Below, one piece after another: positions 36,799 to 45,414 of a stretch of DNA of 64,000 nt. Under the pieces are notes generated by a model. The model ran no database searches, was not told where the DNA came from, and saw nothing but the letters and a program-made list of their open reading frames with translations. Numbering within the stretch: position 1 is the stretch's first letter; the number at the start of each line of letters is the position of its first letter. The stretch comes from Deltaproteobacteria bacterium (GTDB taxonomy: Bacteria > Myxococcota_A > Polyangia > Fen-1088): NCBI GenBank assembly GCA_033763315.1, contig JANRKS010000002.1, positions 384,001-448,000 of the forward strand. The letters run 5' to 3'. Position numbers and translations under genes: made by a program.

Positions 36799-39768
36799 TC
36801 ACCGAAGCGTTTTGGGCTCGAGATCTCGTGAAAGGGACACCGAAGCGCCCGTCAGTGCGTCCACACTTACCGCCACGTCCAACTCTTTGCCACTGATCGA
36901 GCCGTGACAACCACCGCACACAGCGTTGAAAAGCTTCCGAGGCACACCGGGCGTGATCACTTCGCCGGGGCTCACTTGATGCTCCTCCGTCATCGTGAAC
37001 ACAGGTTTGCCCGCGCCATCCACCAACTCAAGAATCACGGCTTTGCCAACCGGCAACGTCACCTTCAGGGACCCATCTGTTTCAAGCGGGGCCGTACCCA
37101 AAGGCTTGCGCACTGAGTATACCTTTTCGGTGCCGCTCAGTTGCGCCGGATCGGTCACCGCGGTTGTGGGCGCTGTGACTTCGTACACGCGAAGCGCTTT
37201 GCCTTTGTCCATCGCGGCCACGTTTCTGCCGCGCCGCAAGTTAGAGCCCAGCAACGTCGCCAACATCGGCAGGTCGGGCAAGTGCATCACAGCGGCGGGG
37301 GCCTTGGGATCGAAGTGCCCACCGAAGACCAGTTGCGGAACGTTGTTGAACAGCTGCCGGCTCGCACGTTTATACCCAAGCGCAGCTTCAACCAAGGATT
37401 CCGCGCCGCCTGGCACCAAGGTTCGCTGCGCGTTCGTTGTGGGATCCACCAGAACCAAATCATACCGGGGCACATCGGCCGCGGGATCAGCGACGTTGGA
37501 TGCATAGCTCACCAAGATCTCGCCATTGGTCGTGGGGTAAGGCGAGCGGTATACGCCCTTGGTGCCAGCGCGCCCCGTGACAGCCGGGTTCACGAACGTC
37601 AAAGCCCGCAGGAATTGAGGCTCGCCGCGCCCTTCTTCGAAGGGACCCACCGAGCGGTTGAACAAGCCCAGCGCACCACCTGCGCCTTTGGCGGTTAAGT
37701 CGGACAACACCACCAAGAAGTTCCGGTCCAAGTCTTCGCGAATCTCGGTGGCCTGTGCGTATCCCACCGACGGTCGCATCTTTCCGAAGGTATCGTCCGA
37801 TTCTTTCCGTTGAGCGATGAGCGGGTGATAATCGCTGAGATCCCAATTGATGCGGCGGCCTGACACTTGATAAAAATCAGGCGTGGCCTTCTCTGCCGTG
37901 AACGACAGTTGACCGTTGGCCATGAAGGCCGGTGAAAGCTCCGAGTTTGTCAGGAACGTCATACGCTCAGGGGCTGCGAAATTCAGATCCGCGCCCACGC
38001 GGTAAAGATCCGCGTTTGGCAAAAAGCGCTTGAGCGTCAACGTGCCTGCGCGGGTGGACGAAAACACAATGGCACCGTTGGGCGCAAATACAGGATCGAA
38101 GTTGTGAACGCGCACGTCGCCAACCTTGCGGCCGGCGTCATTGGTCAAGCGCGTGCATGCGTTGGTGGCGAGATCCAGCATCCACAGATCCAAACCGACG
38201 TTCGCCCCGGGGCGCGCGGCGAACACCAATTTGCTGCCATCGAAGCTGAACTCAGGGCCACGCACGTCGAGCCCGGCGCCTGCCGTGAGCCCCACGCAGC
38301 CAGCAAGAGCGCTGCGCACGTTGTCCACCTTCTCAATGCGGCCCGCAGCGTCCATCGTGGCGTCGGCCAACTTGAGATCGGCGCCGCCGGCAAAAGTATC
38401 AAACTCAAGCAAACCGTCGGCGCTGGGTGGGCGAGAGACGAACGCCAGTGGCAAGCTGCTGCCAGTGGTAAAGGCCGACACATCTGCCTTGTGGGCTTCG
38501 CGTTCCAGTGTGTGCCACTGCACCAACGTACAAAAGGCCGTGGCGGTTTCGGCGTTGAACGGCGAAGGGCAGGGCTTGGTGACATCTTCGTTCGGGCTCT
38601 CGAACAGAGAGCCGCCGCGATGAGCGATGCCGCCGTTGGAGGGGAAGATGTTCTTACGCACCAACCGAGACATCCGCACGTCCGGTGAATCGAGCGACAC
38701 AAACTCACGTAGGGCCGTCTCGTAGTTGCGTCGGATGGCAAACGTCGACATAAAGCCAAGCGCACCAGGCCGCAACCGGAAGTCATTAAACCCGTTGGGG
38801 CTGTGACACGCTTCAAGCGAGCAGCCGCGCCGAATCAGAACCGGCATCACGTTGTCGCCAAAGAAGGCTTCAGCGGGAGTGCGCGCCGCCAGCTCCACGG
38901 GGGCTTTTTGCACGAGGTCCGCAAAGGCGCGTAGCTTCTTCCAGGTGTCATCGCCCGTTGAAGAGAAGAAAGCGCCACCTGTGTGGTTCACGCCGCCGCC
39001 TTTGGGGTCAAGCGGGCGCAGCAAAAGTTCGCTTTGTTCCACGGCACGCCCCGCGGGGGCCACGAAGCTAGAAATGCGCAAGAAGTTGAAGTCCTTCTGC
39101 TCGTCGGTGTCGCCACAAGTGACGTAAAAGTCGGATTGGGGCGAGCCATGGCACGTGCTGTATGAGCATGAGGCGCGCACAAACGGCTGCACATCTGTTG
39201 CGTAGGCCTTGTAGCTCGCGCTGTTGCGATCCACCATGGGCCGTGTTTCGTCGGCCGGCACAGTGCTGTTGCAACCTCCCGACCCCTGGCGCCGATCTCT
39301 GTTTTCGGGCAAACCGGTTCGCGAAGCGCCGTTCGACAACCACCGCTTAAGCAGCTCGAAGGCATCCGAATTGCGCGTGAGCGGTTTGCCACCGGCGTGC
39401 CTAATCTCGCTGGTGAACGTTTTGCCACCAAACGGAATGAACGTGGTTTCCTCGGGGATCGCTTTGAGCAGCATCAAGGGCTCAGGGTACGAGCCGTACG
39501 TGCGCAGCACATCGGGACGTTGGCGCACCGCCTCGAACGATGACAAGTCTAAGTTGCCAAGCGCCGTGCCGGTGGCCGGGTCAATCTTGTGGCACGGGGA
39601 TGTGTTGCCCACGCAGAACGAATTGAACACCGGTTGAATCTGGGTGTCGTAGAACCGGTTTTCCGGAACGGCCGCGCGTTCGCAGGCGCCAAGCGGAAGC
39701 AGGGCCGCGAACGTCAGCCACCGCACATGAGAAGCAAAACGCCGAACTTGGAAGGGCACGTCGCTCAT
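36799..39768 (-). CDS. Lipoprotein with three atypical c-heme modules, a TolB-like propeller and an HzsA-like domain with CxxCH
   Basis: Lipobox LGAC; CVGNTSPCH, CSYSTCH, CSLEACH, each followed by HxGG; FSFDGSKLVFAAR; LETDGSL...CGGCH. Confidence 0.8.
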   Translation of the reverse strand: MSDVPFQVRRFASHVRWLTFAALLPLGACERAAVPENRFYDTQIQPVFNSFCVGNTSPCHKIDPATGTALGNLDLSSFEAVRQRPDVLRTYGSYPEPLMLLKAIPEETTFIPFGGKTFTSEIRHAGGKPLTRNSDAFELLKRWLSNGASRTGLPENRDRRQGSGGCNSTVPADETRPMVDRNSASYKAYATDVQPFVRASCSYSTCHGSPQSDFYVTCGDTDEQKDFNFLRISSFVAPAGRAVEQSELLLRPLDPKGGGVNHTGGAFFSSTGDDTWKKLRAFADLVQKAPVELAARTPAEAFFGDNVMPVLIRRGCSLEACHSPNGFNDFRLRPGALGFMSTFAIRRNYETALREFVSLDSPDVRMSRLVRKNIFPSNGGIAHRGGSLFESPNEDVTKPCPSPFNAETATAFCTLVQWHTLEREAHKADVSAFTTGSSLPLAFVSRPPSADGLLEFDTFAGGADLKLADATMDAAGRIEKVDNVRSALAGCVGLTAGAGLDVRGPEFSFDGSKLVFAARPGANVGLDLWMLDLATNACTRLTNDAGRKVGDVRVHNFDPVFAPNGAIVFSSTRAGTLTLKRFLPNADLYRVGADLNFAAPERMTFLTNSELSPAFMANGQLSFTAEKATPDFYQVSGRRINWDLSDYHPLIAQRKESDDTFGKMRPSVGYAQATEIREDLDRNFLVVLSDLTAKGAGGALGLFNRSVGPFEEGRGEPQFLRALTFVNPAVTGRAGTKGVYRSPYPTTNGEILVSYASNVADPAADVPRYDLVLVDPTTNAQRTLVPGGAESLVEAALGYKRASRQLFNNVPQLVFGGHFDPKAPAAVMHLPDLPMLATLLGSNLRRGRNVAAMDKGKALRVYEVTAPTTAVTDPAQLSGTEKVYSVRKPLGTAPLETDGSLKVTLPVGKAVILELVDGAGKPVFTMTEEHQVSPGEVITPGVPRKLFNAVCGGCHGSISGKELDVAVSVDALTGASVSLSRDLEPKTLR

Positions 39769-39784
39769 TGTAATCGGAGGTTTC

Positions 39785-39813
39785 GCCCCTCGCCCGCAGA
39801 AGTCGCGAGGGGC
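39785..39813. repeat. Intergenic 9-bp perfect inverted repeat
   Basis: GCCCCTCGC...GCGAGGGGC between the HEAT gene and the multiheme gene; no clear U-tract on the coding strand. Confidence 0.6.
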
Positions 39814-39850
39814 TGTGGGCGTATGTACTCAAACGCGAGGTTCGCGGTCG

Positions 39851-40726
39851 CTACGGTGCCAGCTTCGCCAGCGCAGCGGTGGCCAACGAGCGCACGAACG
39901 GATTCGTGTCCTGGCTGGCCGCGCGCTCAAGCGCAGGGCCTGCAATCGAAGCCGAAGCGTGAATCTCGCCCAGCGCCCAGGCGGCCTTCTTGCGAACCAG
40001 ATCACTCGGATCATTTCCAACCAAGTGGCTCAGTTGTTCAGCGGCGTCGCGGGCAGAAGGTGACGCTTGCGCCGCCGAACGCGTGGCGGCCACCGAGTAG
40101 ATCGCCTCAACGCGCACCTTTTCGTCGCTGTCTGTAAGCAAACCAACGGCGAGCGTTGGATCATTGTAGCCCCGCAGCTTGCGCAAGCTTTCCGCCGCCG
40201 CGGCTCGCACCGCAGGTTCACGCGCCTTCATGGCGTCGCCCAGCGCCGACAATCCTTCCATGTCGCCAATCTCCCCCAAAGCGTGGGCCATTGCCGCACG
40301 CGCTTCATCGTTGAAGATGGGGTTGTTCAAAGCTGCGCCCAGGGGCTTGATGCTTTTGTAGGCACGCATTTCACCCAAAACATCGGCGGCGTTGCGCGCG
40401 AGCTTCGAATCGGGCTGAGACAGACGTTGCAACATTTGCAGTGACATTTCCGAACGCAGGCCGCGCCGTGACAGCCACCACGCCGCCACCTTACGCACGC
40501 GCGTGTCTTCATGGTCCACCAATGGCAGCACCATTTGCACGCATGCATGGCACACCAAAGTTTCCGATCGCTCAAGCTCTGCCTCGATGGATTCAACCGA
40601 GCCTGAACCTATCGCCCGCTGGATCGCACCGGGGCTTGAACCGCGGCCAGCGAAAGCCGGTTCTGCGCACAAACCCAACAGCAACGCAGAGGCAACGAAA
40701 GACGTCTTCATGGTCGTAAACTTCAT
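39851..40726 (-). CDS. Secreted HEAT-repeat protein with a CxxC motif
   Basis: Signal peptide ending AFA; VCHACV; repeats VRKVAAWWL, AAHALGEIG-like, VRKKAAWALGEI. Confidence 0.85.
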   Translation of the reverse strand: MKFTTMKTSFVASALLLGLCAEPAFAGRGSSPGAIQRAIGSGSVESIEAELERSETLVCHACVQMVLPLVDHEDTRVRKVAAWWLSRRGLRSEMSLQMLQRLSQPDSKLARNAADVLGEMRAYKSIKPLGAALNNPIFNDEARAAMAHALGEIGDMEGLSALGDAMKAREPAVRAAAAESLRKLRGYNDPTLAVGLLTDSDEKVRVEAIYSVAATRSAAQASPSARDAAEQLSHLVGNDPSDLVRKKAAWALGEIHASASIAGPALERAASQDTNPFVRSLATAALAKLAP

Positions 40727-40728
40727 GG

Positions 40729-42912
40729 CTAGTAATCTCCCCTCTTGTTCTCACGGAAGAAGAACTGCCCGCCCATGTCGATGTTGAGGATCAGGCGGTA
40801 GTATTCGTCGGGCGTTAGCTCTTTGCCCCCGACGTCGGCAGGGTGAGACGCGCCTGGGAATGCGCGCACGGCCGCGTTCACGTCAGGAAAACGCTGCGGT
40901 GGGTTCAACTTCTTAATGATGTTGGAGCTGCGAGCTTCACCCGGTTTCATGTGTTCTTTGTAGTCGCCCACAATCTGAACAACGTTTTCACCGAGCTCCA
41001 TGCCGAGACCTACGACTGAAATGTAGGAGGCCGGGAAGCCTGTGCCAGCCGAGCGCTCGCCCACCACGATGGCCACCTTTTGCCCACGCAGATCAAAGGT
41101 AACCGTTTGTTGGGTGCCCAAGGTTTTGTCGATGATGGTGTATGTGCTGTTGCCTGGCTTGCTGGCGTCGCCGTCGTGGCACGAAACGCACTTGGCGTCG
41201 AAGATGGGTTGTATGGCCAGATCCCAAGGCACGCCGCGAATCTTGTCGTAGCTGAAGTCCATCGATTCGCGTTGTGGCCGTGGCACATCCAAATCCACGG
41301 GGCCGCGTTGCACAGCTTCGATAGTGCCGGGCTTGATCTCGGTGGTCTTCGAGCGGCTCTCGTGGCAACCACCGCAGAAGCGCTGCTCGCCGGGGCGGCC
41401 GCTGATCCACACGTCTTCGCCAGCCACCGCCAAGCCAAACTTATCAACCAACTGTTGATGCAACGGCACGTTGGCAGGAACTTTGGCGGCGAACGAACCA
41501 TCGGCCAAGACGGGAACCTCGCCGTAACGAGATTGACCATCGAACTCGGTCAGGCCGAACATGTTCGGGAAACCTTCTTCGGACGAGAAGCCTTCCATCA
41601 GGCGCACCTTCACCACGCTGCCGGGCTCAATTTTCGTCACTGAGGATTCGTATACGTTCAAAGCGCCCAGGATGAAGCTCTTCTCGTTCTGCGCCACCGG
41701 GCTTTGTGCGGGTGGTGGCTCAACGCGAGGCTTGATGGGGCGCGCGGCCACGTCCCAATAGGCAGGGTCATCCCACACAGGGAAACGTTTTCCGGTTTTG
41801 CCGTCCAATACGTAGATGCCGAAATCGGCCTTGGTTTTGGCTTCCTCCAAGATCTCTGATTGCACGGGGCCATCTGCCCACGACACAAGAAATTTCAGGT
41901 CCGCCGCGGGGCCAATGGGCTCGGCGTCGTAAAAGCGACCGATGCCTTTTTCAGAGCGCTCTTTGTCACCAGGCACAAGCGGCGTGAGATCGGTAACCTT
42001 GGATGAAGCCTCGTCGTCATTCAGATCGACCAGCAAAACCTTGCCGGCTTGCAACGTTCGGTCGCGCGAGGTGCCGATGGCCACGAGCCGCGACGCCTTC
42101 TTTCCGGCCGCCGTCATGTAGCTGGTCACGAAGCGCGCTTTGAGGTAGCTGTTGGTGACGCCCTTGCCTTCACCACCGAATGCCTCGCGCATGCCCGTCA
42201 TATCGGTGTTCATCACGCGCAAGTGACCGTCGTTGATGCCACCCAGATGTCGCCATTCGGTGAACACGACGTTGCCATCTTCAAGCAAGGCGGGCGCCAC
42301 GCGGTGAGACACGTTACGCGGCCCAAGCACTTCGTTCGTGCCGTCCATGTTGATGACGCCCACCTGTGATGTGGTGGCGCGTTCATATTCGTCGCGGAAC
42401 TGCTGGGAGCCCTCTTCAACCACCTTGCTGGTGGTAAAAAGGATCTTTTGTCCCGGCACAAAGATCGGATACACGTAGTGGTCGGGGCCATCTGTGATCT
42501 GCCGTGGGTTGCTGCCATCCACGTTGATTAAAAACAACTGATAGTTGCCTTCGTTCGCGAGGCGAGCCGAGAACACGATCGTTTTGGCATCGAACGAAAG
42601 GTCCCAAGCCATCACATCTGCGTCCTTGAACATAGGGGCGGCGGTTAGGTTCACCAGCTTGCCGTCAGCCGAAGGCGGCGAGAGCTTGACGAGGCGGCCG
42701 CCGGGTTTGTAGTCGGTGTAGTCGAAGACGTTGCCCGTCCCGCTGCGCGCTGTTCGCTGCAGGAAAACGATTGAATCAACGTCCGTCGGCAGGCCTACCG
42801 CTCCCCCTGTGGCGCCGTCGCTGCTCGATGAGCGGCAGCCGCTCAGGCTTGCCAAGCCACCACCAAGCGCCCAGAGGCTGCCAATCACCCATGCTGCTTT
42901 GCGCATCATCAT
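40729..42912 (-). CDS. HzsA (hydrazine synthase alpha)-related lipoprotein with two CxxCH motifs
   Basis: Lipobox LSGC; LSFDAKTIVFSAR propeller; GEVPVLADGSFAAKVPANVP...RPGEQRFCGGCHE; IQPIFDAKCVSCH. Confidence 0.85.
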   Translation of the reverse strand: MMMRKAAWVIGSLWALGGGLASLSGCRSSSSDGATGGAVGLPTDVDSIVFLQRTARSGTGNVFDYTDYKPGGRLVKLSPPSADGKLVNLTAAPMFKDADVMAWDLSFDAKTIVFSARLANEGNYQLFLINVDGSNPRQITDGPDHYVYPIFVPGQKILFTTSKVVEEGSQQFRDEYERATTSQVGVINMDGTNEVLGPRNVSHRVAPALLEDGNVVFTEWRHLGGINDGHLRVMNTDMTGMREAFGGEGKGVTNSYLKARFVTSYMTAAGKKASRLVAIGTSRDRTLQAGKVLLVDLNDDEASSKVTDLTPLVPGDKERSEKGIGRFYDAEPIGPAADLKFLVSWADGPVQSEILEEAKTKADFGIYVLDGKTGKRFPVWDDPAYWDVAARPIKPRVEPPPAQSPVAQNEKSFILGALNVYESSVTKIEPGSVVKVRLMEGFSSEEGFPNMFGLTEFDGQSRYGEVPVLADGSFAAKVPANVPLHQQLVDKFGLAVAGEDVWISGRPGEQRFCGGCHESRSKTTEIKPGTIEAVQRGPVDLDVPRPQRESMDFSYDKIRGVPWDLAIQPIFDAKCVSCHDGDASKPGNSTYTIIDKTLGTQQTVTFDLRGQKVAIVVGERSAGTGFPASYISVVGLGMELGENVVQIVGDYKEHMKPGEARSSNIIKKLNPPQRFPDVNAAVRAFPGASHPADVGGKELTPDEYYRLILNIDMGGQFFFRENKRGDY

Positions 42913-43183
42913 GCCAGGGGCTTCTGCAAGAAGGCGACCAACTCCAACAGCCAGAGACAACGAGGCCTGATTCGCCGCGAATGTGCGAAAACCCCGGAAA
43001 ATAGACGGGGTCCTTTGCGGGAGCCGGCGGCGCGTATCCTACCTTCCTTACCCTTCCCGACGGCCGGAGTTGCGTCACTTGCCGCCAGTGACGCTGCGGC
43101 TGGTGAATCATGAGCGCGGCGTTGACCAGTGCACGAAGCCTGGCGCGGTTGGGGTGAACCCGTGGCAAACTAGGCTCTCGACG

Positions 43184-44629
43184 TTGTCTACACCGCCAGA
43201 TCCCCACACCCCGCAGAAGTTAGGTCGTTACCAGCTGCTTGAACGCATCGCTGTGGGCGGCATGGCGGAAGTGTACAAGGCGGTGGCGCTGGGGCTGTCG
43301 GGCTTCGAAAAAACCGTGGTCGTCAAACGCCTGTTGCCCCAGCACCAGCGCGATCAAGAGCTGCTCACCATGTTTGTGGATGAAGCTCGTTTGCTCGGGC
43401 GTTTGCGACATCCCAACATCGCTGAGGTCTATGATATCGACCACGAAGGCAACGAGTACTTCTTTGCCCTCGAATACGTGGATGGCGTTGAGCTGCGCGA
43501 TCTTCTCAACGACACGCCGGGCATCCCGCTTTCAGATGAAGAAGCCGTGTGGATCACCTGCGAACTTGCAAAGGCGCTCGCCTACGCACACGGCTTGCTT
43601 GATGACGAGGGCCAACCGCTTGGCATTGTCCATCGCGACATCTCCCCCTCCAACGTGCTTATCGGCCAAACGGGTGCGGTCAAGTTGGTGGATTTCGGCG
43701 TGGCCAAATGGCGATCGCAGCGAAGCGAAACGCGACACGGCGTGCTCAAGGGCAAAGTCAGCTACATGTCGCCGGAGCAGTGTCGGGGCGAGCCGCTTGA
43801 TTCGCGCAGTGACGTGTTTGCTTTGGGCGTGTTGCTATACGAGATGACGGTGGGCAGCCGGCCGTTCGCGCGCACTTCAGATTTCGAAACGCTCAAGGCC
43901 ATCGCCGAGGGCCATTTCATCAAGCCTTCGGTCAAACGTCCCGGCTATCCAGCGCCCCTTGAGCGGTTGTGCGTGGCGATGATGGAGCTTGATCGCTCGC
44001 AGCGGCCCACTGACATGCGGGAAGTCGTTGCTGCTCTGCAGGACTACGCGGCCAGCGCGGGCATCGCGTTGGGGCCGCAAACACTCGCCGCACGTGCCGC
44101 CAAAGCGGTGACTCTTAGAGAGCCTCGAACACCAACGGGAGAAAGCCACGAAGAGCCGCATTTCGCTCAGGCCATTCGATTCCCCGTTGACCGCACGGCC
44201 ACCGCGGTGGCCACGGTTGAATCGTTGGTGACCGCCGTGACGCCGATGCCCGAATCTACGTCAGCGGTTGCCCCCCATAGCCGCCGTAGGCTCAAGCTTT
44301 CCGTCGGTGTGGGCGCCGTGGCAGCGGGCGCGGCGCTCATCTTGTTTTGGCTGCGGCCCGTGACCCCTATGCAGACCGAAACCGCGACCGCGACCCGGAG
44401 CGCACCGGTGGAGGTGCCTCAACCCGCCCCCGTGGTGAAAGCCGCAGAGCCCGTGGCCATGGATCCACCGGCGGCCGTGATTCAGCGCAAACGCTCCACT
44501 GTGATCAAGGATGTGAACACGCGCCCCCGACAGAATCAACCTTCGCAAGAGTCGTCGCCCCGAGCGGCTTCTTCAGGCCTGACAGGATCGGCGGCTGTGT
44601 GGGATCCAGATTCGCCTGTCCCGCCTTAG
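43184..44629 (+). CDS. Hanks-type Ser/Thr protein kinase, membrane anchored
   Basis: GGMAEVY, VVKR, HRDISPSN, DFG, YMSPEQ, SDVFALG, then a TM helix and Pro-rich tail. Start uncertain. Confidence 0.95.
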   Translation: MSTPPDPHTPQKLGRYQLLERIAVGGMAEVYKAVALGLSGFEKTVVVKRLLPQHQRDQELLTMFVDEARLLGRLRHPNIAEVYDIDHEGNEYFFALEYVDGVELRDLLNDTPGIPLSDEEAVWITCELAKALAYAHGLLDDEGQPLGIVHRDISPSNVLIGQTGAVKLVDFGVAKWRSQRSETRHGVLKGKVSYMSPEQCRGEPLDSRSDVFALGVLLYEMTVGSRPFARTSDFETLKAIAEGHFIKPSVKRPGYPAPLERLCVAMMELDRSQRPTDMREVVAALQDYAASAGIALGPQTLAARAAKAVTLREPRTPTGESHEEPHFAQAIRFPVDRTATAVATVESLVTAVTPMPESTSAVAPHSRRRLKLSVGVGAVAAGAALILFWLRPVTPMQTETATATRSAPVEVPQPAPVVKAAEPVAMDPPAAVIQRKRSTVIKDVNTRPRQNQPSQESSPRAASSGLTGSAAVWDPDSPVPP

Positions 44630-44676
44630 GCATTCATGGTGGCGCTGGCTGATGCGTGCGTGCGCACGGTTCTGTT

Positions 44677-45414
44677 ATGATGCGGGTCTTGTTTTTGATT
44701 CAGGTCCACAATCGGCTCTTTTGGTGTGCGAGTCTGTGTTGTGTGGCGCTGCTGGTCGCGCAGCCGCGCGCTGACGCGCAAGCTGCCGAGCCTGCCATCC
44801 CCCTGAACAAAGCGAAGGAGCTTTACGACGCCGGCCTGGCCGACTTCAAAGCGCAAAAGTACGACACGGCGGTGTCGCTGCTGTCGCAAAGTTTTGCTTT
44901 GGATCCACAAGCGCAGACGCTGTTTGCGTGGGCGCAGTCTGAGCGTTTGCGTTTTCATTGCGACGAAGCGGCGCGGTTGTTCGATCAGTTCATCGCAATG
45001 AACCCACCTGCTCGTCAAGTGGCCGCTGCAGAGCTTGCGAAGCGAAGGTGCACGCCTGCGCCTGCTGTGGTGTCGACGCCGACGGTAGCCGTTCCCCCTC
45101 CACCCGCTGTCATTGTGCGCGCGCCATTGTGGTATCGAGACGCGTGGGGTGGGGCGTTGTGCGGTTTGGGTGCGGCCACCACCGCGGCTGGGCTTGCATT
45201 GGTGGTCAACGCGCATGCCCTGGCGGGGCAAGCCGAAGGCGCCGAAACGTTGGGCCAATCACAATCCGATCGACGGGTCGCCGAGCAACGATGGGCGTGG
45301 GGCATTGGCATGACGCTCGTGGGTGCAGCGCTGTTCGCGGGCGGTGTCGCTCGCTATGTGTGGGTGTCTAAAGCAGACGATCGCATGACCGTGTCCACAG
45401 GGGGAAACTTCTAG
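44677..45414 (+). CDS. TPR protein with C-terminal membrane segments
   Basis: Signal peptide, TPR (LFAWAQSER), Pro linker, PLWYRD followed by two hydrophobic segments. Confidence 0.75.
   Translation: MMRVLFLIQVHNRLFWCASLCCVALLVAQPRADAQAAEPAIPLNKAKELYDAGLADFKAQKYDTAVSLLSQSFALDPQAQTLFAWAQSERLRFHCDEAARLFDQFIAMNPPARQVAAAELAKRRCTPAPAVVSTPTVAVPPPPAVIVRAPLWYRDAWGGALCGLGAATTAAGLALVVNAHALAGQAEGAETLGQSQSDRRVAEQRWAWGIGMTLVGAALFAGGVARYVWVSKADDRMTVSTGGNF

Noticed and set aside
36799-42912. Anammox hydrazine synthase
   Set aside because: Only alpha-like domains are present, with no recognisable hzsB/hzsC, and the context is myxobacterial. Called HzsA-related only.
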